A DNA stretch of 63,847 nucleotides, counting the filler, from Reticulomyxa filosa (lineage: Eukaryota > Protista > Foraminifera), in the NCBI GenBank assembly GCA_000512085.1. It is 22 parts of 22 records of this genome, joined end to end, with 100 filler letters (N's around TTAATTAATTAA, not from the genome) between each part and the next. Parts side by side here need not be neighbours in the genome. Positions count along the whole stretch, not along the records: positions 36,051 to 38,038 come from ASPP01017383.1; positions 38,139 to 39,859 come from ASPP01022476.1; positions 39,960 to 49,560 come from ASPP01009913.1; 19 more parts are not named here. One strand, written 5' to 3'. Made by a program: the position numbers and the translations under genes. Under the pieces are notes generated by a model, which worked only from the letters and a program-made list of their open reading frames with translations, did no database searches and was not told the DNA's origin. Positions within the stretch are counted from its first letter, which is position 1; the number at the start of each line of letters is the position of its first letter. This document shows positions 36,097 to 49,560 of this stretch, one piece after another.

Positions 36097-37063
36097 CTAA
36101 TGGAACAAGTGCTTCCTCTCTGACAAAGATCGCCTTTTGTGGTTGGGACTCAAAATAGCGTAATCCTTGCACCATCCCATCGCTTCGGCCCAATTTGGTG
36201 TCCAGTTCCACGCCGTACCATATGTTCGGCCCAAACAAAGTGGGACCAATGAACTTGATTTCCCCATTTGATCTTCCTTTCACATTCACTCGATCATGGA
36301 TTGTTAATCTCAATCCATTGATTGCTTTATATACACATATACATGTATATATATATATGTATATATATGTACATATATGTGTATGTATTGTATATGATGT
36401 AATATGCATATATGTATACATATAATTAATGATATGTACATAGTAGCAAAAAAGTGTATAATAAAAACAAACATTACGTACGTTTGACAATGTGTGCGAT
36501 ATTGGCTTTGGGCGCCAAGAGACCACTATTGTGCTCTTTTGGGAAGAAATATTGTCTGTTGTAGAATATGCCGTCGGTCTCGCCTTTGTGGGGCGAAACT
36601 ATTTCGATGCCATAATATTCGATCGTTCCTTTTCGGCTCGTTTGGACTGGTCCCATGAAATGTACGTAACCTTCTCTGTCGTCTTTTAAGGCCACCTTTC
36701 ATTGTTTGCAATTTGTCATTGCAATGTTGTTTATTCATTTGTTATTCAATTTGTTCTCACACGTTCTCGCTTTTGTTTATGTCATGTCCCTCCCCCCCCC
36801 CCCCCCTCCTCTTCTTATCCCCTCTTTTCATTACAAAAACTGATGAAAGTGTTCTGCTTGATCTCCTCCCCTTTTCCTTCCTTTCTCTTCTCTAAACTTT
36901 GTCACCAATACATATTCGCAAATTTTTCTTGGAGTTTTGACGAGCCACTGTGGTTAGTCTTGCCACTGATCCTCTTTTTTTTTTGTTCTTCCATTATTGT
37001 CTCCAACTCTTTTTCCCCAAATTCATTGTCATTTTCTTCCTCCGCTGTTGACTTGGACTTCAT
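36097..37063 (-). CDS. Protein with two tandem CAP-Gly domains, 3'-truncated
   Basis: GYVHFMGPV...YYGIEIVSPHKGETDGIFYNRQYF and GEIKFIGPTLFGPNIWYGVELDTKLGRSDGMVQGLRYF...AIFVR in separate exons. The start is uncertain. Confidence 0.8.
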
Positions 37064-37595
37064 CCTTCAATCAACAATGAACCACCTATAGATTACAATG
37101 CGAAAGAGTTTTTTCCGCTTCGTTTTTACTAGTTTGTCCCGGCGACGCTTTGTTCGGTTTATGTATATATAATTTCTTTTGAAAGAATTTTTGCATTTTT
37201 TGTATACCTCTTCTTTAAGAGATGCCCACATCTAAAACTATGATGGGCCATGATTAATCAATAGATTTTCGACTCAGCAAAAAAACCAAAAGAATTCAAT
37301 GAGAAAAAAAGAAAAAAACAAAACAAATTTAAACAGATAAGTTTCAGCGTTTTTTTTTTTGAGTGATTGTTGTTTTGGATTGATAATATTGCACGCTATG
37401 TGAGTAATAAACTTACAATTCTGGACAGTTGTTTTGTTTTCTTTTTGTTTTTGCTTTTTTCCTCCACACAAAATAAAATCCCAAAAGTTGCCAAAAACCT
37501 GACCAAGACTTTTTCTTTCCCCTCCCTTCTCCCTTGTCTCATTAGTTTTTTTTTTTATCGCTTTTGATTTCGGAAAGCCATAGGAACAATCGCGT

Positions 37596-37913
37596 CTACT
37601 TATTGTCGACATAACTTCTCAATAACTTCCTAGCAAAGATTTCTTTTCGCGCATTGATCAAACGTTCTGAAGGGCGATAATGTCTAATAGTGTCATTTTA
37701 GTGTTTGAAACAGAAGAAGAATGCATCCAAATGCATATACACATATACAAATAAATAAGCAAAAAAAAAAAAAAACTTGAGATATCCATTCCAATCGACA
37801 GGAATTAACCCTGCAGCTTTTGCTATCACAACTTTAACTCGATCTGCAAATTGCTCTGGCGTTTCATTTGATCTAATGTGTTGAGGTTCCAAATAATGCA
37901 CTTCGGCAACCAT
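37596..37913 (-). CDS. ER glycerol-3-phosphate acyltransferase (GPAT3/4/9 family), last two exons
   Basis: VAEVHYLEPQHIRSNETPEQFADRVKVVIAKAAGLIPVDWNGYLK|HYRPSERL...IFARKLL* matches the GPAT3/4/9 C-terminus. Stop is TAG at 37596-37598. Confidence 0.85.
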
Positions 37914-38283
37914 CTACATTTGTCCTCGCGTCACATGTGTCACACATATGCACACAGCCAAACAAATGCAAATGGAATGTTCAGACATTCATCTACCCTT
38001 TTAGATCATATTACTATACACTTTTTTTTTTTTTTTTTNNNNNNNNNNNNNNNNNNNNNNNNNNNNNNNNNNNNNNNNNNNNTTAATTAATTAANNNNNN
38101 NNNNNNNNNNNNNNNNNNNNNNNNNNNNNNNNNNNNNNTATTTACACACAGACAAGTTTACAATTATACAAGTGTGATTCATACATAAAAAAAAAGACAT
38201 TTATACGATTATCGAAACTTTTGGGGCCGAATGAATAAAATCGATTGACTATACGACTGCGCACACGATGCAATATTGAACAG

Positions 38284-38460
38284 CTTGATAATTACCAGGA
38301 ACAACTTGCAATAAACTTCAACGACTGGCACAAGACTTGCAGGAACTCAACTTGATAACGACAGGAACAACTTACAACGAACTTCAACGCCGGAACACAA
38401 TTTGCAGGAACTCAACTTGATAATGACTGGAACAAAACTTGCAACGACCAGGACCTCAAC
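38284..38460. repeat. Imperfect ~66-bp tandem repeat (about 2.5 copies)
   Basis: Units start with cttgataa at 38284, 38351 and 38416. They share ggaacaa...ctt.caa, and the two complete units end in ttgcaggaactcaa. Confidence 0.75.
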
Positions 38461-39437
38461 ACGCCAGGTACAACTATAATAATCAAACTCGAACGACCAC
38501 AACCAAAAATCGAATGATGGCAACGTTGCAAGTACTCCAAGTGGTGATAATCTTCAACAAATTTTTTTCATATCGTTATCTACATCACAAAACAAGATTG
38601 TTTAAATTGGTTCCATAAAATTATATAAAGTTTGAATTACGCATAAAATATTTTCAAACTTACTTAGCACATGATCAAGATTGCAACACATTCGTTATAC
38701 ATCACGTCGTTCCTATGCATTGTCAAATATTTTTTTTAAAAAAATCAAATAAAAAAATAAATTTAACTTAACTTAAAAACAAAAAAAATAAAAATCGATT
38801 TTGTTTTTCTTTTTTTTTTCTTTTTCCTTTTTCTTTTCTTATCATTTTTCTTTCATTTTTTCTTCTTTTTTTCTTCTTTTTTTCTTTTTATTTTATCTTT
38901 TTTATTTTCATTTTTTTTTCATCATTTTATTTCAATAAAATTTTTCATTTTTCCACAATTTTAAATATTTTTTCCACATTTTTCTCCATAATTTTTATCA
39001 ACAATTTTTTCACTATTTTTTCAACATTTTTTCCCCACAATTTTTCCCCATTTTTTCAACTATTATTTTTTCCCCATTTAAAATCAATTTTCCCCATACT
39101 TTCCCAACATTTTTTCCCACCCAAAAAACAAAAAAACAAATATCATTTTGCGTTGATTCTTGAACCTATTCAAATAATAAACAAATTTTTTTATTTTTTA
39201 AAGAAGAAAAAAAAATTTTAACTTTTGCAGACTGAGCCAAGCTCCAATTTCAATTTTTTTTACTATTTTTTTTTTCTTTTCCAAAAAACACATTTTTTTT
39301 ATGAATTGGCGGGAGGGGCAAAAAATTATGTTATTGATGGGGGCATGCCTATTACAAAAACAAGCAAACAAACAACATATTTTTATAATAAAATAAAAAC
39401 GTATAAAAATATACAAACCCTTTTATTTTTTATTAAA

Positions 39438-39627
39438 TGCGGGATGGACTTCAACCCCAGGTTTTTTCTTTGCGGTGGAGGGAAGGTAAAACATAATTTT
39501 TTTTTTGATACACTGGCAACGGCTGTTGTCAAACAAACAAAAAATTTAATATATTAAAAAATAAAAAAATAAATAAATAGATCACAAACCTTTGTGACTC
39601 CTTTAGGAGACGGGGAGCCGTACACCA
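39438..39627. repeat. Degenerate dispersed element core, copy 1
   Basis: Motif gga-c-ttcaacccc, then about 150 bp downstream ctcctttaggagacgggg. The same motif pair occurs at 50768-50961. Confidence 0.5.
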
Positions 39628-40490
39628 TTTATTATTTATTTTTTTTCTTTTGCTGAAGGATGTGAAACATCCAAAAGGACAATTCATTTTTTTTTTTAAA
39701 TGTGAGTCTGTTTAAAACACAAACAAACAGACTTTTCTTCTTCAGTTGAAACAATATAAAAAAAAACAAAAAAAACATACTGTTGGAAAGGTTGGATTGG
39801 GAGGGTAATATCACCCCAAATACAAGTTGGTACAAGTGAAGACGACAAAAAAAGAAAGANNNNNNNNNNNNNNNNNNNNNNNNNNNNNNNNNNNNNNNNN
39901 NNNTTAATTAATTAANNNNNNNNNNNNNNNNNNNNNNNNNNNNNNNNNNNNNNNNNNNNTCTTGGATGTGGTGTTGCTTCATCAATATCCCCTTTTCTCT
40001 CGCAGCTCTCATCCTTGTTGCCAACGGCGCACCTGGATTCGACGCACTTTCCATCACTGTCTTCATCTTGAACTTGTTCAACTTCTTTCGCTGCTTTCTC
40101 ACCTCTTGGGCTTCTCTTCAGTCGGGTAATGATATACACTCCGACTTCTCTTCCACTATCAAACGATACCATTTGTAATTTCTTATTTTTTTTCCAATGG
40201 ACACATTTTCACTGCACTTTTTCATTTTTTTTTTTTTTTTTAAACGAATGCAAAAAAAAAAATAATAATAAATTCGAATTTAGCATGCTGGGAATAATAT
40301 TTTTTTTTTTTTTTTTTTTGAGAAAAACTTTTTTTGAAAAAAAAAAAGTGAACAGTTTTGAAAAACACTCAATGCGAACCTAATTTTGCAATAAAATATA
40401 ATAATATACGTCCTTCATGAGAAAACATTTTATTTGATCTCTTCTTTGCCAAAAGAAGAGATCAAATAAGAGAACCTTATTTGCCGAAAA

Positions 40491-41410
40491 TCATTTTGAA
40501 CATCGGCATTGGAAAAAACGAAAAGAGTGGCAAATTTCGGCAAACAAAATTTGGCAGCAAAGGCAACGCCTGTTTTCAGCAAAGGTACAACCACCAACGA
40601 GAAATATGTCGAACCAACTCACGATAGCTAGCACGGAAATGACAATAGGCCCGGCAATACTTCCATCGGTGTGATAGTTCGGCTCGCTCATGATAACGAA
40701 GCTCCAAATTAAAGCAATTAAAAAAAGAGTTACTCCTGCTATCATTAAGAGAACGTAAGCAATCAACGCGAATTTTTGCAGCGTTATATATAGTCTCTGG
40801 AAGTAATAAGCACACAAAGTTTCGCTGTCCTTGCACAGTAGCTTTGCCATAACAATAATCAAACAAAGCCAATGGAAATGTAGCGATTAATATTGCAGCG
40901 TATGCAAACATATCCAGTATCCATACTAAAGAGGGGGAGAATGTATCACGATAGCAACCACTGTCCACATTTGCATTTGGACCATACGAATTGTCTGTCA
41001 CGTGGTTATTCATCAACGAAAATCGACATACTTGTAGCAAGCAATATAAACATATCATCGACACAAACGTGTTATAGGCTAATATGTAGGTATGCAGCGA
41101 AGGATAGCACCGGGTTACTGTATACAATACGACACAATATAACATTGCAATTATCAATGCCGTCCATCCATACCAGCTGTAATTGTGACGCTTCCAGCCT
41201 ACTATGATACCTGTGCCGCACGAAAATTCCTCTTTCAATTTCATTGTTATTATTATCATTATTATTTTAACCAAAAAGAAGCTGACTCTTTTTTTTTTTT
41301 TTTTGCAAACTTTGTTGACATTGCTCTGCAATACCATAAGTGATGTTATTCATTACGTCGTGACATGATTGTTCCCCAAAGTGTGTTTCGCATACTGTCC
41401 ATTCCATTTG
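40491..41410 (-). CDS. Multi-pass membrane protein with one apparent frameshift near 40862
   Basis: Hydrophobic helices (WYGWTALIIAMLYCVVLY; MFAYAAILIATFPLAL) continue in another frame (IIVMAKLL; FALIAYVLLMIAGVTLFLIALIWSFVI; IAGPIVISVLAIVSW) and end in a Cys-rich tail. Confidence 0.5.
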
Positions 41411-42172
41411 CGACTTTGTCGACTCAGTATGGACAAATGCATTGATCAAGCAATAGCAGCATTGCTCGGTGTTGTTGTAAAAATTCTGAAGTGATCTTTG
41501 CTTAGCTCGTGCTTCCAAAAGCACGAAACCACCAATAATTAAAAAACGAATCACATTCCATAGAGTGTAGAGTGACTGTCGTTTCAATTGCTGCTGTTGG
41601 AGGGCACGAATTGCCGTAACCCTTCTCCTTTTTCGTTGCTTGATTGGCGACAGCCTTGTTGCAACTCTATGTTTCCAAACACTGCTCCTTTCATTAGTGG
41701 TAGCACGTGCACTTATCATTAGCCACTGTGTGGCTGCTGATTTCTTGCAGAGTATTTTGGATTTCCATCCAATGTCAGAAAGACAGAGGTCAACAATTGA
41801 TTTCAACAAAAAAAAAAAGTAAAGAGTTCCCTGCCTCTTGTTGGTCTGAATAGTTTCTTTTGACGATCTTGCATTTACAACACCTTTTTTTTTTGTTTAT
41901 TTATTAGTTTATCATAATTGTGAAAAATAACACTATAAATTTTTTGGAGCACTAAGCTAAGTGCTTTGAAACATAATATAATACGAAAATCGTTCTACTC
42001 ACTCTCCTCCAGGGATGGCAAATACATCACACTCTTTCAAAGAATATTTAGAAAAAAAAAAAGGATTTATTTGCTTTACTAAAATTGGAGTATTTGATCA
42101 ATTAAAACTTGCATATAAATTGTATTGTATTTTTTTTTTTGGTTTTGTTTTGTTTTAGTTTTTGTTGTAATG

Positions 42173-44085
42173 TTACAATGGACTTTTGGTATTGCTTTTC
42201 TTCAACTTCGAACTGCTTTCCGAGACCCGTTGGAGAGGGGACTTTGCAGAGGAAATTTTTTCCGCAGCGTCAAGCAAAAGTTCAGAGTTCCTCAAAAACC
42301 CAAAATTGAGTGCCATTTCATCAGCTTCAGGAGGACCACGACTACCCCTATATTAACCCCATGCACAACACAAAACAAAAAAAATAGAGCCAAACCAAAG
42401 CAAATAAACAAAGAAACAAATAAAAAAACCTAGGATAAATGGGAGGTTGAAAAGAAGGTCTTTGCAAAAAGCGAAGAACAGGTGTGACGATTCTCCAAGC
42501 CTCTCTGAGTTCATCGTCACGAACGAAGAGAGACTGATCTCCCTCCATGCAATCCAAGAGTAGCCTTGTGTAAGCAGCAGGCAAGGCGAAGTGATGTCCA
42601 AAGCGCGTTTGATAGGTTAAATCCAAGTATGTGGGATACGTATGCTGAAATCTGGCAAAGCCCGGTGTTTTGGTATTGAGTCGCAGCCAAATGGCCTCCG
42701 AGGGTTGCAATCGAATGACGAGTTCATTGATAACGGCGTCGGGATATAGCGACAGCTCATCATTTTTGAATTGAATTCGAATTTCTGCATTTTTGTTATC
42801 CAATCCTTTGCCACACTTGCAAATGAACGGCACACCATTCCACCTTCGATTTTGCACGAACAACACCATTTGTGCAAATGTGATTTGCTTGCTGGTCGGA
42901 TTCAGCTTCTTGATTGACGGGTCTTGCAAATACGACGGCAATTTTCCATCGACCGATGCTCCGTATTGTCCAACCACAAAAAACGGGGGCTGACTAATGC
43001 TCCCGTTTGCCTGTCCCCCGATTGTTCCTTTCGAACTTCGAAATTGCGGCGTGGTAATTGCTTTTAGCACTTTGACTTTTTCGGTTCGAATATCATCAGC
43101 TTGCAAATGGGCAGGAGCCTCCATGGCGAGCAAACACAAGATTTGCAGCAAATGATTTTGGAACACGTCTCGAATGACACCATACTCGTCGTAGTAGCCA
43201 CCACGACCTTCTACTCCTTCCGTCTCCTTGATCGATATCTTCACGCATTTGATCGACCTTCGATCCCACAAGCTGTCCCACAACGTGTTGCTGAAGCGTA
43301 ATACCAGCAAGTTCTGCACCATCTCTTTTGCCAAGTAGTGGTCGATACGATAGATCTCGCTCTCTTGCAAATGCTCACCCATCGCTGCCAATAGCTTCTC
43401 ACACGACTCGCTGTCCTCGCCAAACGGCTTTTCCACGATCACTCGCTTCCACCCTATTTTTTCTTCTTCTTCTTCTTCTTTTTTGATTGGGTGAGACAAG
43501 TGTTTCTTAATCTTTTCGCTGAGTTGGCCAAATACGTTTGGTGGCGTTGCCAAGTAAAACAACCGGTTCGCTGCTTTCGTTTTACACTTTAGCGATTCTT
43601 TTTTTATCTTTTCGTTTTCCAATTCTTTTATATACTCGCCCAATTTCTTTAATGAGTCGTCGTTGTCATAGCCTTCACCCTTCATGACAATAATAAATTT
43701 TTTTTTTTTTTTGGAAAAAAAAGTTTTTGTTGGGTCAGCAATTTTTATGAGGTCACAAAAAAATTACCTGAAAATAAGTACAATAAGACAAAAACTCTTG
43801 CAAACGATCCCCCAATTTCAAGCTTTCGCTGATTTGCGCGTGAAACTCCTTTTGCGTTAATTTGCTTCTCGCGTAACCAATTATGTTCAGCGTTTTTGGA
43901 AACACCTTCTCCTGGAATAAATCTGCTAAACTTGGGTAGGTTTTGGTGCGCGCCAAATGACCACTTGCACCAAATACGACTATTGTTAGAGGTGCTTCGC
44001 TCAAACGCACTCGCAAATGCTCGATCACATGTCCATGCTCTTTTTCTGGTTCTTCTTTAATAGTATCGGTTTTAACAGAAGACAT
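42173..44085 (-). CDS. G6PD: Glucose-6-phosphate 1-dehydrogenase (complete, 3 exons)
   Basis: Exons 44085-43768, 43679-42430 and 42347-42173. Motifs FGASGHLA, GYARS, RLFYLATPP, VEKPFG, YRIDHYLAKE, GRGGYYDEYGVIRDVFQNHLLQ, RWNGVPF, NELVIRLQPSEA, YPRGSRGP. Confidence 0.96.
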
Positions 44086-44388
44086 TATCTTTTTTTTTTT
44101 TTGGTAACCCCCTTCATTGTTTAAAGACTTTTGGTGGCAACAAACCTGATACTTTTTGCTTGTTCGAAAGAGGCATAGCATGCAATGAGCCAAAATAACT
44201 GTAAATCAAAAACGAAGGCACTGTTCATATGTAAGAGAAGGGGTTGTTTAAAACAATTTTTAGGAACTCATAACCCAATCATTCACAAACAAAAGGAATT
44301 TGTTTGGTAATTTTGTCTATGAGTGATTGCTCCCCTCGCTAGTTGCATCCATCTCTTCCCTTCATCATTTTATTGGACAAAAAAAGAA

Positions 44389-46378
44389 ATGTTCCGAACG
44401 AAACTAGTATATTTTGTGTTGTTTGTGCGTATTTCATTTTTGGGAAGTTTTCTCTCACTTTTTTTGAGAAGCCAAAAACTGAACGACTCTCAAATCGGCG
44501 TGCTTCTGAGTTGTCCGTTCATTGTGCAATTTCTGACATCGGGATTGGCCTCGTATGCCGCGGACTACTTGGAATCGCGATATATGACCGCACAGTTGCT
44601 ATTAGGCGGATCGTCGATTGCATCGATTGCACTTTTGATTCCATTTTATATGTTGCACCTTTCAAACGAAAAGAACCACTTTATCTTTTTCTTCTTGCAA
44701 ATCATCGTCATCATCATCTACCAAATTCCTCACACCAACCAATTCGTTTTAACCGATACTTTGGTCCTTTTGGAATTGGGTTCAAATGGCGGTCGATTGT
44801 ATGGACAACAGCGATTATGGGGTGCCGTCAGTTGGGTATTAATTCACTTCTCCGTTATACGTATACATACTCACACACGTATACATACTTTAATGGCACA
44901 TGCATGATTGAATGCATACTTTTTTTTTTTTTTTTTTTTTAAGTCACATTGTTATGAACTCTCTTTTATTTACATATACGTATGCATATATGTATATATG
45001 TATACATATATTAAAAAAAGGGATTGACTCACATAATAATTGGAGTTGCATTGGATGGTGGCATGCCAATGTGGTGCTTGGTAGTGTTATATGCTAGCCT
45101 TGGTTTGGTGACGAATGTGATATTTTACTTTGCATTTGGCAATGGGAAGCACAAGTGGGCAATGTCGTCTTCGACAAATATCGAAACGGAGATTGCGATG
45201 TCTTCGATCGTTGTTGGAGTCGCCAAGGAAGACCAGACCTCTGTCCATCCGTCGGTGCAAGATGCCTCCGAAGAGTACGTATCGCCTCCACTCCCCTCCG
45301 CTACGTCGCCTCAGGAAAACAATGACCGCGATAACCAAGCCGAATGGCCGACGATGACGCAAGTGCAACCAAACAATGATAACAATGATAACAATGATAA
45401 CAACAATAACAGCATCGATGCTGTGCAGCCTAACAATGTCGAGAATGGATTAAATGCAGTTGCAAGTACCGACAATTCCCATAATGAACGCAACGACAAA
45501 GACAAAGATAAAGATGCACCAGCACAGACAGAAACAAGAATAGAGCCACTAATAGTGGCCTTATCAGACTCAAAGCCATTGCAAAGTGGAGACGACAGTA
45601 GCAACAGTAGCAAGATTCAGCTGCGTCAAGTCATTCACACCATCTTACACGATCGCATTTGCTTTGGAGTCTTTTCCGCTGTCTTTATTATCTCGGGTGC
45701 AAGAGCTGTCGTTGAAAACATGCTCTTTGTTTTTTTAATGTTTCGTATATACATATATACGTTTATGTACAAATAATAATAACATATAAACAATATAAAT
45801 AATAATAATAATAATAATAAAGCTCTTCGTTTGGAACAAATGTAAGCAATTTGAATACGCTATTAGGCGTGTCGGTGTGCATAACAGTGATATTTGAAAT
45901 CCCTTGCTTTCAAATGTCGGAATGGCTGTTGAAGCGCGTTGGATATCGGAAGATGATATTGTTTGGAATGCTTTGCTATGTAATTCGAGTGCTATCGTAT
46001 ACGTGGTTGACGGAAAGCACTTTGTGGTGTTTGCTGTTCATTGAACCCTTGCACGGCATCACATTTTCAATGGTCCAAATTGCATCACTCCATTTTGTCA
46101 CTCTTTTGTTCCCGAAGCAATGGACGGCCACCGGTCAAGGAGTTTTGGGAGCTATTTCCTCAGGTATCGGCCCTTTTTTGTTTGTTTTCTTTTCCGGATT
46201 TATCATGCAATATCTTGGAGGAGACGCACTCTATCGCATTTGTGGCTCCATTGTTGCCTTCACTATCATAGCTTTCTTTTTTGTCACACTACCACAACAT
46301 CATTCACGTCCTCCTTCCTCCCTTTCTACTTCAGAGTCTAAAATGAATATCATTAGAAATAACTTCTTTGTCAAATAA
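44389..46378 (+). CDS. Major facilitator superfamily transporter, MFSD6-like (3 exons)
   Basis: Transmembrane helices, YGQQRLWGAVSW|G motif, a long polar central loop, then IFEIPCF...IEPLHGITF...ATGQG. Introns at about 44837-45020 and 45740-45822. Confidence 0.85.
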
Positions 46379-46838
46379 TTTAATGTATTACTTTTCGTTT
46401 GTGTGGAAAATGATGTACAACATATGTCTTAATTCAAATAATTTATTTTGTTTTATGACAAATAGCTGGCTTTTTTTCAACATTTGAAAAATCAAGTAGT
46501 TGACAATGAACTAATGGCAGTACAAACTCCTTTATATGTTTTTCCATATAGTTGTCTCTTTAAAACAATATTACATCTATAACATCTATAGTAGATTGCA
46601 AAAAAAACTACCATACTAAAATGACATCTTATAAAGACGATAGATTTTCTTAATGGATAACAAACATTTTTAAAAATATTTACAAATTTTATAGTTTTTA
46701 AATATGAAATTGGTTCTATAATAACTTTTTTCTAGATTGGTTAAAATACCTGTTCTTTCATACAATGCAATATTTACTACTTTGTTTTATATCTCTAATA
46801 TAACGGACCAATTATAAGATATTGTTTTCACAAGTGAT

Positions 46839-47706
46839 GTGTTTTGTGTGAAGTTTTCGCCATACCATTATCATAATCATCGTCAAAATGTCATTTATTC
46901 TTCATCACATGACAAAACAATTCGTTTTTGGGATTTCAAACATAATCAACGATTGCAAATACTCGATAAACACGCTGGCTGGGTTGATAGTATTGAATTT
47001 TCATCATTTAATGGTGGCAATATCTGTGTTCTGGATCTGATGATAATACAATTCTTTTATGGGATGTTGAATCATACAAAGCGCTGCATGTTTTCAGTGG
47101 ACATGAATATACTATTAGACGTGTGGATTTTTCACCATTTCAAAGCAACAATTGTAATGATAAATGTAACCGCATTTGTGTGATTGATGGTAATGGATAT
47201 ACAATTTGTTCTGTGTCATTTGATAAAACCGTTCGTATATGGGATATTGAAACAGCCAAACCATTGACTGTATTTAGAGGACATGAAGGTGTGATTAGGA
47301 GTGTAAAATATGGATCAAATGAATTAAGAAATATTGATGATGCAAATATACTATTATCTGGAGCAGATGATAAAAGTGTTCGTTTGTGGGATACTCGGTC
47401 TGGTCAGCAAATTCAAGTGTTAAATGGACATTACGGTGGAGTACGTGTGGCTGAATATACACCATTTGTAGTAAGTGATATCGAAGTTGGTGGTAATTCA
47501 AATGTGATATGTTCTGGATCAAATGATGATAGAATTGCATCTTGGGATATTCGATCAAATAAGAAGGTATTGCATGTAATTAGTGGAATACTATGCCTTA
47601 AATTCCTACAATTAAAAAAGGACAGAAAAAGCAATATAGTCGTAACTGTAATATTAATTTGTGTTATGATCCAAGACATGGTAAAATTCGTATTTGGGGA
47701 CAGTAA
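46839..47706 (+). pseudogene. WD40 family pseudogene (second family)
   Basis: CVKFSPYHYHNHRQNVIYSSSHDKTIRFWD...FNGG (frameshift) YLCSGSDD...GNGYTICS...SVKYGSNEL...NVICSGS (frameshift) NLCY..GKIRIWGQ*. Confidence 0.8.
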
Positions 47707-48597
47707 ATTTTTCCAAAAATAATAAGCGCAAGCAAACATGAAAAAATGATAAACGAAAAAGTTACAACAATTTAAATTTTTTTGCATAAATTTAATACAC
47801 AAACGAGAAAACCGGTTATATTTTTAAACAATTATAATTAAAAAATTTATTATAGATTTTGAAAAAGTTCTTTCAATAAAATTTTTAAAATGTAAACTTG
47901 GATAGGAGAATGTCTAATTTAATTTTTTAAGCACTATCTTGTGCTTACAGTTTTTTTGATCAGTCTTGCATACATTTTTTTAGTAGGTAATAAAAGATAT
48001 TATGCATATATTTGTTTTTTTTACTCTTTCATAATTTAGTCGGTTTAATGTCATTTAGTTGAAAACAGAACGAAATTCAAAGCACAAAAAAACTCAAAAA
48101 ATACATTGAAATTATCAATTCTGTGTTAGAGGTATTGCAAATATTTAAAAGTAGCATAATATGAGCGCCATTTTTTGCAAATTACTGTCTTTGTGGCCTA
48201 ACCGCGTGTCTTATAAGTCTCTTTTTTTAATTTTGTAAATTGAAAGGTTTTTAGTATGTTTGTAACATTTGATTTTGATAATAATGAATTTAATAAATGT
48301 ATTTACGATCATTTTCCAAAATGTATTTTTTATATGATCTTTTTAATTTTTATGGAAGAATGTACTTTCTGCAAACAAAGACCATAAAACCATAATCAAT
48401 ATTAGTAAAAAGATGGCAGTCACAATCAATAGTCAATTTAAAAAAAACACAAAAATTTGTATTCAATTGATGTGATAATATCTTATTTTCCTTTATTGAT
48501 GGATATTCTAGAAAAAAACGTACATTAAATTTAATCTTTCTCTTTAGACAATTGCTTCATCAAAACGAGAGAGCACACAGTCTTTGAATATACTTTA

Positions 48598-49495
48598 CTA
48601 AAGATCAAGATTATTAATAACTACATCTCCTCCCAAATTTGCTAAAAATTTGTTCTTCCATTGCTCAACTGATTTCTTCAAATTTGCAATACAGTAATTT
48701 TCCTCCCAAGAACATATTAACACAAAGCAATAATCAACCCAATCAGGACCAAATTCCAGCCATAAATTGCTCACTATTAAATCCATCACACCTCGATAAT
48801 TCAAGTAGCAGCTACTTGACAACGATACTTCTTTATTTTCTACAATCTTGTCAAATCTTTTACAGTTATATTATTTTATATGTTTATCATTTATATAATT
48901 TATTGTTGTTTTTTTATAAATAAAAAAATATCAAATACTTGTGTTTTTGGCAATTTTGCAAATAAGATCTTGCAGAACGTATATATCCATAAATTTCATC
49001 ATAACAAGCCTCGTGCCCTCCATCCACAAATACTTTCCATTGGAGTTTTTTATCACAACTTACATCTGCAAATATGAAAGCGTATGTGCAATATTGCGCA
49101 AATACATTAATGTAATCATCCTTTTCCAGCATTGGAGCATTAACTAATTCTTTTTTACTTTTTACAAATAATTTGCTTTTAACTAAAATATCTTCTAAAT
49201 CTTTGCAAATCTGTAGCGAGTCCTTTGGAAAGCGTTGCCGGAGTTGTTTGAGATCCAGCACTTCTTGCACAAATTGGGAAGTGGGAATTACCTTTCGATT
49301 TTCGAACACTGCTGCTTTCCTTTGGCGATAGCTTACTTGTGTGTACAATATACATTCGTCTTCTCCTCGTCGAGATATCATCATAGGTCGAATTGCAAAG
49401 TCTTCCAATGTATTCCAATACTTTGAATTTCGATTTCTCAAAATCGACAAAAGATGTTCATATTCCACTATTCCATTCCAAATGGTTTTTTTCAA
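48598..49495 (-). CDS. Hypothetical protein fragment, possibly degenerate
   Basis: An open exon of about 185 codons downstream of a poly-T tract (minus strand), then a second exon-like block. No motif recognised. Confidence 0.35.
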
Positions 49496-49521
49496 AAAAA
49501 GTTTATGATCGTTACAATCAT

Positions 49522-49560
<39 letters not shown>

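Noticed and set aside
38990-39125. Telomere-like TTTTCCCC repeats
   Set aside because: The units are irregular (ttttccccac, ttttcccca, tttcccaa), internal to the contig and not a tandem array.
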